64,000 nt of DNA from Octopus sinensis (taxonomy: Eukaryota): the NCBI RefSeq assembly GCF_006345805.1, contig NC_042999.1:154938001-155002000 (forward strand). Reading direction: 5' to 3'. The notes beneath the pieces are model-generated. The model searched no databases and had not been told where the DNA came from. It saw only the letters and a list, made by a program, of their open reading frames with translations. Position numbers and translations under genes: made by a program. Below, in pieces: positions 47,101 through 58,410 of this stretch. Numbering within the stretch: position 1 is the stretch's first letter; the number at the start of each line of letters is the position of its first letter.

Positions 47101-50100
47101 TCCACACTGCAATTTTTTTCGGTAAATTAATTAAATCTTTATATATAAAACTGTAGTTGTGTGAGAGTCTGTCCCCTCCGATTTAGATTCCTAACTACTC
47201 CCACATTTTGCGGTGCAGTTTAACCAAAAGCGGGTATCTTATAGTCGTGATTCATATCGAGCCCTTCTGGGTATTAGCGCGTGTCTATGATAAGTCTACA
47301 ATTTAAAAAAAAAATTACTATCATTTTTCGTTTTTTAATGCATTTTTTGCTCGGTTTATATAAGGGAAGTAACTCTTTAAAAATGCTTATATAGTTATTT
47401 CCCTTACAAACCTAGCAACGCTGGACGATACTGCTAGTTTAGTTTAATTAAACAAATTCTATCAAAAGTTCTTGGTACTTACAAACATCAATTACTTCAA
47501 ATTACTGAAACCAATAATGATGTCTACATAGGAGACTGAATTCCAAGTATATTACATATACACAAGGGGGTACAACATATATACAAGGGGGTACTGAAAA
47601 GTTCCTGAAAGGCCTCATTGGAGACTCAACCTTCCGAGTTCTTTCACAGGGCTTAGAAAAACTGAAGGACTGCTGCAATAAGTGAGTGAATCTGAGAAGG
47701 GAATATGTTAAATAATATCATAATTAACTGATCCTCTTCTATTTTCTTTTGCCCACTGGTTTCTGCCACGACTGCAATTAACTAAGTACCGTAAAATATT
47801 TTGTCTACCATTTTACCAATTCTGCGACTCCATTCAGACACTTGAGTTGCAGACCATCAGGCTCAGCAGTGATTGCTTTAATTCATTTTGCAAGAAGGAC
47901 TGCTTCAGCCAGATTGTGTTCTGCCCGTACCTTCGAAATATGTATTGAGTCGAAACAGGGGCAGCTGATGAAGGGGAATATTCCTTGTATTGTTTGTCTT
48001 GTACTCTGTTTTTTCGATGTTAAAAAAAGTCCGTTTCCTTGTTTGGTTTTATGTTTTCGTTTCTCGTTGTGTTCTACATTTATTTGTGGTGTCCTGTACT
48101 CATATATGCATGTATATATACATATAGATGTAGGTATGGACATATATGTATGTATGTATACATATGTTTTATTTATTAAATTGTTATTATATGATTGAAC
48201 GCCACACATCGTTTCTTCTTCTCCAAGTAAATTGCTTTCTAAAGTTGGTTAGAAGAAGAAAACAAAAAAAAAAAACACTAAATAAAAAGAGAACGAATAG
48301 TTGTATAAATGCCATTTGAAATTTACATGTAAAATTCTTTGTCCTTATAACCGAGACAAAATTCTGCAGCTTCTGCTCGTGTCAGCACACACATCTTCAT
48401 CTTTGTTATCTTAAATCCTTTATTCTGAATAAATTCAAACATTTCTCCCATTTTCGGAACAGCTTTCGCATTCAGCAAGCCAAGAGTTCTGAAAGAAAAG
48501 GTAAAAGAAAACAAAAAAGTGTCATTGTCACCAAGAAAATATCTGGAAATATTTTGGATAGGTGCAAGCATGTCTGGTTGAAAAGTTGGCTTTCCAACCA
48601 GCCACTGAAAGTGCTAGACTTAACATTGCATGCTAAATAGCCATCAGTTACAGGGTACTTGCTGTTATTGTTGTTGTTGTTAAGCAACAAGATGGGTAAG
48701 GGAGATTAGGTGATGGTCTAGGGCTTAGGGGCGGGAGACCCCAGACCTTGGAAAAAAAAAATCTTTAGTCGTCTTGTAGTCGAGGGCTCTTTGTTGACGC
48801 CCGACACTACTTGGAGGTGGCCCTTGAAGTTGCTAGAAATGGAGATCTCCAGGTCCAAATTCTTGGACAGTTACTTGCTGTTAGGATTGCAAGGGTAGAA
48901 AGAAAATGTGAACTACACATGTCCAGAGCTAATTCCTTGCCTTCAGTCCCAACAGACCACTAGTGCCCAACCTGACTGGTCAAGGCCAGACACCAGGTCC
49001 CATCTTCTCCCATGTGATGTCCTTCATCATTGTCACAAACAACAGATGAACAGATGATACAGCCTAGAGCCAAGGTGTGACAAAAAGAAACTCCCATATT
49101 TTAAAGGGTGACAGCAGCTGAGGCAAGGTGTGCAGTACTCCAAATCATGATGGGAACTTAGAGAAAGAAAGATAAAACAAGTTACACAGAGACACCATTA
49201 CCACTTACCTAACTTCATTATTTAATATGCATTGAAACAACAAGAGTTTTTCTGCCACATTCTATTTACAGTGGGGTAGACTGGGTAACTGTAAATTAGT
49301 GGGAAGAGGGACAAAGAGAGGGGTGGAGAAAGAGAGAGAGAATATGTGTGAGAGAGAGAGAGGACAGAATAGTGATGTTGTGGCGGACACCCCTAAGTGA
49401 GAAGTGGGCTGTTCCACTACTGATGAATAGTGGACTGACACAACAAGCAGGGTCAGTCAATGAAGTACGCTGCGTGGGCCAGTCATGCAGACAACAAAAT
49501 ACATTGTCATAATATAGGATATATCAGTGGCAATGAGGATTCGTACACAGGTAGTGAAAAATAAATCCTGTTGGAGAAGGAACTGAACTGCACACAGTGA
49601 AAATTATATAAATTCTACTGAAAAAAAGATTCTGAAGAACAAAAATAATAATGTTGTGTGAAAGAAAAAAAATTCTGGTGTCTGGCCTTGACCCCCAAGT
49701 GAGAAGTAGGCTGCTCTGCTACTGATAAATAGTGGACAGTTAAAGTTATTTTAATAAATTTTTCATTATTTTCAAAATTAATTGACATAAAGAGATTGTA
49801 TTTCAACAGAAATTCTTCATAATTTTCAAAATTAGTTGAAACAAAAGCAGTGTCATTCAAATGGAATATGGCAACGAAGGGTTAAAGTGTTTTAAATGAA
49901 AACTTTCCACCAAAATTTCATGCTAAATTTATGTATTGGGTTGTCCGGAAAGTTTGTGCCGATTTTTAAAGGAAAAAAAAAAGGTCAATAAATACTTGCC
50001 ATTACATTTTTAATCAACCAAATACGAACCATTTTGTTGCACAATGCGTCTCCATCTTTCCTTTAACTTGAAAATACCTTCTTCCCAGAATTGTGGTGGT

Positions 50101-53100
50101 TTCATGACAAAGAATTCATCAAGGTATCTTTTTATTTCATCCAAGGAATTGAAATTTTTACCATTAAGACTATTCTGCAGAGACCTGAATAAGTGGACAT
50201 CCGAAGGAGCAATATCTGGCGAATATGGATGGTGGGGTAACACATCCCAGCCGAGCTGCAGCAATTTTTGTCTGGTTCCCAAAGCATCAAGCGCCGAAAA
50301 TGAACTTTCTTATCTTCCATTTTAAAGGGTTACAGAATTAACACAGGTTATAGGAACATAAACCTTCTTTCACAAAAAGATAGCTTAACCCTTTAGCATT
50401 TAAACCGGCCATATCCAGCCCAAATTTTCTACTTCTTTTACGTTCAAACCATCTAGATCTGGCCTCTCACTCATATCCTACAATGTCATCCTCAAAATAA
50501 ACCATCACATCATCAAATTCTCAGAGCTACAAGATAATGCAGGATTAACTCAAAACAATGTGAATGAAAAAGCATTAGATTTGACAGAGTAATCTGAACA
50601 CTAAAGGGTTAAACTGTGCTCTAAATGGAGGTGTAGTCAAATCCTATTTTATGGACTCAACCATGTTCTAAAATAAGTTGAAAGGTAAGCTACTATAAAT
50701 TGGCATGAACTTTCCGGACAACCCAATAATAAACACTAACTTAATAAATACAAACATTTTACAAAATCCTTCATTATTTTCAAAATTAATTAAAAGAAAG
50801 ACAATGAATTTCAACAGGAATACAGTAATAAAAAAAGGTTAAAAGAACATCATTTTTACTTCTGAGTTTGATTTGTGAGTTCCCTTCTGGTAAATTCATC
50901 TCCAAAGTCTACAACATTAAGTTGTCGGGAGAATAAATTAATAACACTTCCAATGTAGAGGTCTTCTAAACTGATATTGTCACAAACAGTTCGCCTTAGG
51001 AAAACGCGATGCTTCTTGTATTCGTACTGGAAATAAATATTATTTAAAAAAATCATATTTCTTTGTATTAGAAAAATACTTTTTGTTTTTATTAGTTTTT
51101 GTTTGTTTTTATTAGTTTTATTAGTGCGGGTGGCACGTAAAAAGCACACACTACACTCACGGAGTGGTTGGCGTTAGGAAGGGCATCCAGCTGTAGAAAC
51201 ATTGCCAGATAAGACTGGAGCCTGGTGCAGCCTTCTGGCTTCCCAGATCCCCGGTCAAACCGTCCAACCCATGCTAGCATGGAGAACGGACGTTAAACGA
51301 TGATGATGATGATGATGAACATATACCGTACTTAAACATGTATAAGGAACCCTTTTTTTGTCAAAAATTAGGTTAACAAAATATGGGAGTTTCTTATACA
51401 TGGATAGTATTATAATCCCTTACAAAACTGTTTTTCCAAATTTTAAGCTCCCAAAATTAGGGGGTTCCTTATACACGTTAAAATCGTGGCACACTGTCGG
51501 TTATGACGATGAGGGTTCCAGTTGACCCGATCAACAGAACAGCCTGCTTGTGAAATATTAACGTCTAAGTGGCTGAGCACTCCACCGACACGTGTACCCT
51601 TAAAGTAGTTCTCAGGGAGATTCAGCATTACACAGAGTGTGACAGGTCTGGCCCTTTGAAATACAGGTACAACAGAAACAGGAAGAAAGAGTGAGAGAAA
51701 GTTGTGGTGAAAGGGTACAGCAGGGTTCGCCACTACCCTCTGCCAGAGCCATGTGGGACTTTAGGTGTTTTCGCTCAATAAACACTCACAACACCCAGTC
51801 TGGGAATCGAAACCGCGATCCCACGACCACGAGTCCGCTGCCCTAACCACTGGGCCATTGCACCTCCACACACATTAAAATACGGTAGTAACAATAAAAT
51901 AGTGTGAATAAGCATGCTATAAGATAATGGGGTTCAGTCCCACAGTGTGACACCTTGGACAAGTGTCTTTTATTAAAACCCTGAACCAACCAAGGCCTTG
52001 TGGGTTGATTTAGTAGATGGAAACAGTCACTAAGCAGAATAAGATCTGCTTTCCTTCTCTGCCAAAAGGTGGTGTGTTGCTCTTCACTATAGACTTGGTA
52101 GACAGCTGGATTCATGTTATATGAGACAGCAGCTGCTCAACAGAATCCCGCAAACCAGTAACAATATTAATATGGACATCCAACAGAGAAACACAACTCG
52201 CATTACACACAAACAAACACTGTGGATATGTGATCTATCTTTGCCAAATTCAGGGGAAAATGCATTGAGCAGAACAGGTCTGTATACGCAGTGTTCATAG
52301 ACTTCACAAAGGTTTGACACAACACACAATACAAACACCAATACAACAAAAGACTTGTGCTAAAGCCAATAACAAAACAAACCAATGCAATACACTACCG
52401 GGAAGAGTCTGGTTATCCCCCAACACCAATAAAAACAAAAAACACACCTCAGCAACACGTGATGCAGTAGAAATTTGCCTGAAACTATCAAATATTGAAT
52501 GATGATGATGATTGATAGTGATGATAAATGCCCTGATGCAGTACCAGGCAGTGGCTCTCATGGCATCTGATCTTAACTGATTGGAAGTGTTATCATGTAC
52601 ATTGTTTTGTCATGGTATAAAATATTCTGCTCAATACCACAAATTTGCTTGTCAATTGTTTGACCTTAACTAGCTGAGCATGTCCCTTAGTGGCTTACAA
52701 TTTGTGCATTCCTGATCAGGAGCAGGAATAGTGGAGGATAGCTATGGGTCGAGAGGAATTCTTTGGGGTTTGAATAATTCACCCCTGGAAACATGGGTGT
52801 TTCATTCATCATTCTTAACCAGCCCTTATTCAAGGACTTTTTGAGTGGGATGGGCTACTTGACCTGAAAAAAATTCTAACTGGACTCCAGCTACAAGGTC
52901 ATGTGCTGTTTATTCTGATATGAAATTACCATGCCATGCACATACGGTTGTGATGCATGTGCCTGGTGTACCCTTATCAGATAGGTAGTCATGATGGGTA
53001 TATTGGACTTTGTATATTTGTACCCCAATATCACTTTGATGGTATGGACTGCCCTCTCACCCAATGAATAATAATGCCCTGATACAGTACCAGGCAGTAG

Positions 53101-53589
53101 CTCTTATGGCTTCTGATCTTAACTGGTTGGAAGTGTTATCATGTACATGTTTTGCCTTGATATAAAAGATGGGCTACAGCAAATATTTATTCTGCTCAAT
53201 ACCACAGATTTGCTTGTCAGTTGCTTGACCTTAACCAGTTGAGCATGTCCCTTAGTGGCTTATATGTGCATCCCTGATCATGAGCAGGAATAGTTGGAGA
53301 GCATCTTAGCTATGGGTCAACATGGGTGTTTCATTCATCATCCTTAATTAACCCGTATTCGGGGATTCTTTAACAGGTGGGCTACTTGACCTGAAAATAA
53401 TTCTAACTGGGTTCCATCTGCAAGGTTATGCGCTGTTTATCTTCATAAGAGATTACCATGTCACATACATATGGTTGTGATGCATGTACCTGGTGTACCC
53501 TTATCAGATGGGTAATCATGATGGCTATACTGGGCTTCATATATTTGTACCCCAGTGTCACTTTGATGGCATGTACTGCTCCCTAACTC

Positions 53590-53645
<56 letters not shown>

Positions 53646-53656
53646 TAATAATAATA

Positions 53657-53697
<41 letters not shown>

Positions 53698-54020
53698 GTC
53701 CTCTCAATGATTAGTCAGAGATGATTTTTAAAATGAGAATATCTGAAATACTTGAATGCTCTCACAAATTAGAATACTAAAGATGAACCTGACTGCTCCC
53801 AAAAATTAAGTAAAAAACAGGAAAAATAATCCAGAATCCTTGTCTGGCATCGGATCAATCCCAAGATCTATTAAGTTTGTGCCAGTCAGGAGGCCAAATA
53901 TCCCTAAAAGTTTCAGCCGAATCCATCCGGCAGTTCTTGAGATATCTTGTCCACAGACAAACAGACATGACCGAAAACAATACCTCCACCTTCACTAAGG
54001 CAGAGGTAATAATACTTATA

Positions 54021-54062
<42 letters not shown>

Positions 54063-54745
54063 GATGATGATGATAACACTGATATCAAGAAATCCTCTTG
54101 CGAGTGTGACCTAGGCATCACTGTCAGCAGTGATTTGCGTTGGTCAAAGCATATCTCTAAGATTGTCAGGAAGGCCGAGGGTGTCTTGGCATCACTCAGC
54201 AGGTCTTTTGTTAGCCGCTCTCCAGCCATCTATTTAAAACTGTATACAGCTATGGTACGACCACACTTGGAATTCGCATCATCAGTTTGGAACCCCTATC
54301 TTGCACAGAACATTGACCTCCTGGAATCTGTCCAGAGACGTGCAACCAAACGCATACCCTCCATCAGACACCTACCATATTCTGAGCGCCTTGTTTCCCT
54401 GGGCATGGATTCACTGAAGCTCCGGCGTTTGGCGACGGACTTGGTAAACACCCACAAAGTTATCAACCACCTCACAACAACAACACTGAACACCTTTTTG
54501 ATCTCCATGTGTCTAACACACGTGGACATGCCTACAAAGTCAGAAAACAATACAGCTCCATGACTTTCGGAAACATTTTTTCACGCTCAGAGTTGCTGAA
54601 GCATGGAATAAACTGCCTGCGTCAGTTGTTGACTGCCATGACACTGCATCTTTTAAGGCCCTCATGCTTTCCGAAATCCGCCGAAACTACACCTGATTAT
54701 ATATACACTTTAGATGAGTTGTAGTGCACCTGAGCACTGTACACA

Positions 54746-54778
<33 letters not shown>

Positions 54779-57700
54779 ATAGTGGGGGAGCATCACAGCC
54801 ATGTATTGAGAGGAATGCTTTGGGGTTTGAATAATTCGCCTCTGGAAACATGGGTTTTTCGTTCAACATACTTAAACAACCCTTATTCAGGGACCTTTTG
54901 AGCGGGATGGGTTACTCGACGTGAAGAAAATTCTAACTGGGCCCCACCTACAAGGTCATGTGCTGTTTATCTTGATATGAGATCACCATGTCATGCACAT
55001 ATGGTTGTGATGCATGTGCCTAGTGTACCCTTATCAGACGGGTAGTCATGATGGGTATACTGGGCTTCGTATATTTTACCCCAGTGTCGCTTTGATGGCA
55101 TGCACTGCTCTCTCACTCAATAATAATAATAATAATAATAATGGTTTCAAATTTTGGCACAAGGCCAGCAATTTTAGTGGTGGGGTGGGGGTCAGTCAAT
55201 TTTATTCATTCCAGTACTTCATTGGTACTTTATTTTATTAACCCACAATGGTTGAAAGGCAAAATTTTAGTAGTAGTAGTAGTAGTAGAAGTAGTAGCAG
55301 CAGCAGCAGTAGTGGTGGTGGTAGCAGCAGTAACAACTACAACAACTATTTTTAATTTAAGCACAAGACCAGGAATTTCAGGAGAAAGGGGCAGTTGATA
55401 TCAAGGTGAGATTTTGAAGTGTATTTCTCTGAATTTCGATGGAAATAGTTCATACTTCTCTCTCAATGCCACTGACCCCATTCTTCCATTATTCACCTGT
55501 TGTTTGTTTTTTGTTTTTTTGTTTTTTTATTGAGAACAAAAGAAATAGCACAAAATTAAACTAACATTTCATATTATGTTTCCCACAACCTACCAATATA
55601 TCAACATCTACTGTCTCCCTACCACCACCACCACCACCACCACCACCCGCCATCACACACAGCTGTTACATAGTGTTGTTGGTTTGTTTCTATTTCTTTT
55701 GTCCATAAATTCAGTCTTTCTAAGACAAACAACCATTAAACCTTGAATAATTATATATTTACTACTGTTTAGCTCCAGGGAAAAAAATCTTTTCCAGCTA
55801 GCTACTGGCACACAGTTTCTGTCCTGGGAGTGATAAACTCCCTTGCTCATTCCATACGGGCATGAGCTGCGTGTCGGAAGCCAGCTGGAAAAGATGTTTT
55901 CCTGGGGCTAAACAGTAGTGACATCATCCTGTGTAGGACTGTCACATTCTGTTGACAAATTAACTGTTCAGTACTGTAATTGCATATCTGTCACTCAGAG
56001 ATTTAAAAAAATTGTTTTTCTCTTTAATCATATATTTCTTATGGTCCCTCTTTCTTGTTAACTTTCTCACTCCCTCTCTCTTTCTCTCTGGTTGGGCAAC
56101 CATGTACCTCCTCTACAGCAAAACATCTTTTTTTTATTTCTTTATTACCCACAAGGGGCTAAACATAGAGGGGACAAACAAGGACAGACAAACGGATTAA
56201 GTTGATTACATTGACCCCAGTGCATAACTGGTACTTAATTTATCGACCCCGAAAGGATGAAAGGCAAAGTCAACCTCGGAAGAATTTGAACTCAGAACGT
56301 AACGGCAGACGAAATACCTATATCTTTACTACCCACAAGGGGCTAAACATAGAGGGGAAAAACAAGGACAGACAAAGGGGTTAAGTCGATTACATCGACC
56401 CCAGTGCGTAACTGGTACTCAATTTATCGACCCCAAAAGGATGAAAGGCAAAGTCGACCTCGGAGGAATTTGAACTCAGAACATAACGGCAGACGAAATA
56501 CCGATAAGCATTTCGCCCGGTGTGCTAACGATTCTGCCAGCTCGCCGCCTTCGTTTCTGTCTCTGTTGCACTGTAATCATTCATCATCTGACATAAGATC
56601 ACCACCTCCAATGCCCCCCTCCTCCTCTCAAAGGATCTTTGTCTTACAAAGTTATTTGGCGGCCCTGTCAGTGCAGGCACCATTTAAAAAGCATCCAATC
56701 CACATTGTAAATGGTTGGCATTTGGAAAGGCATCCAGCTGTAAAAACCTTGCCAAAACTAACCTCGCCTGTGCTGGTGCCATGTAAAAAGCACTCAGCCA
56801 ACTGTGCAGGGTGGTTGGTGTTAGAAAGGGTACCCAGCTATAAAAGCCATGCCAAGAGAGACACAGAAGTATGGTGCAGGTTTCTTATTTCTTTATTACC
56901 CACAAGAGGTTAAACAAGGACGGACAAAGGGATTAAGTCTATTACATCGACCCAAGTGCGTAACTGGTACTTAATTTATTGACCTTTCAAATACAGGTAC
57001 AACAGAAACAGGAAGAAAGAGTGAGAGAAAGTTGTGGTGAAAGAGTACAGCAGGATTTGTCACCATCCCCTGCCAGAGCCGCATGGAGCTTAAGGTGTTT
57101 TCGCTCAATAAACACTCACAACCCCCAGTCTGGGAATCGAAACCACAATCCTATGACTGCGAGTCCGCTGCCCTAACCACTGGGTCATTGCGCCTCCACA
57201 TAGCTAAAATATGTATATAGAAAAACTGTCTATGTACAGCTAATGTATGCTTATAGTTAATGTATACATATAGCTAATGTATGCATATAGTTAATGTATG
57301 CATATAGCTTAATGTATGCATATAACTAATGTATGTGTATAGCTAATATATAAGTATAGAGAAACTATGGGAAGCCAGTAAGGGCAAAAATCACTACATC
57401 AATATTCTAGTTTTGTGAATCTTGACTCCTCAATAACTTCATTAGATTTAATTATACTTACCATTTCCACAGACTTGTCTTTAGGGTAGTAGAGAAACTG
57501 GTAGCGCCGTGTCAGCGAAGCAACAGCATCGTACCAGTCGACAACGAAGCAGTAACGCTTACAATCTTCCTCCTGCACAACAAAATGAGAGTGAGATAAT
57601 TTTTAAAAAAAAGAAAGATGGAACATGTCTGTCTGTCTTGTGAGCCGCTACAGCAATGATGTTTGTCTCACTCCAACATACATAAATGTTTTAACACAAA

Positions 57701-58355
57701 TCAATAAAGAGATTTTATTTCAGACAATGGCACAGCATTAAGCCTTCCAAGTGTTCTTTTACTCTTTTACTTGTTTCAGTCATTTGACTGCAGCCATGTT
57801 GGAGCACTGCCTTAAGCTGAAGAAATCGACCCCACGACTTATTCTTTGTAAGCCTAGTACTTATTCTATCGGTCTCTTTTGCCGAACTACGAAGTTACAG
57901 GAATGTAAACACACCAATATCGGTTGTCAAGCGATGGTGGTTGAACAAACACAGACACACAAATATATACATATATATATATATATTTATATATACTCTT
58001 TTACTTGTTTCAGTCATTTGACTGCGGCCATGCTGGAGCACCGCCTTTAGTTGAGCAAATCGACCCCGGGACTTATTCTTTGTAAGCTCAGTACTTATTC
58101 TATCGGTTGTCAAGCAATGCTAGGGGGACAAATACAGACACACAAACACACACACATACATATATACGACGGGCTTCTTTCAGTTTCCGTCTACCAAATC
58201 CACTCACAAGGCATTGGTCGACCCGGGGCTATAGCAGAAGACACTTGCCCAAGATGCCACGCAGTGGGACTGAACCCGGAACCATGTGGTTGGTTAGCAA
58301 GCTACTTACCACACAGCCACTCCTATATTTATATATATATATATTATATATATAT

Positions 58356-58410
<55 letters not shown>

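Noticed and set aside
47950-48000. Hammerhead at cagCTGATGAaggggaatattcctt (also ~19070-19100 minus)
   Set aside because: The GAAA core does not follow stem II, so the motif is incomplete.
53877-54074. N-terminal extension with poly-Met/Asp of the 228-aa ORF
   Set aside because: Chance read-through of a (GAT)n microsatellite into a LINE fragment.
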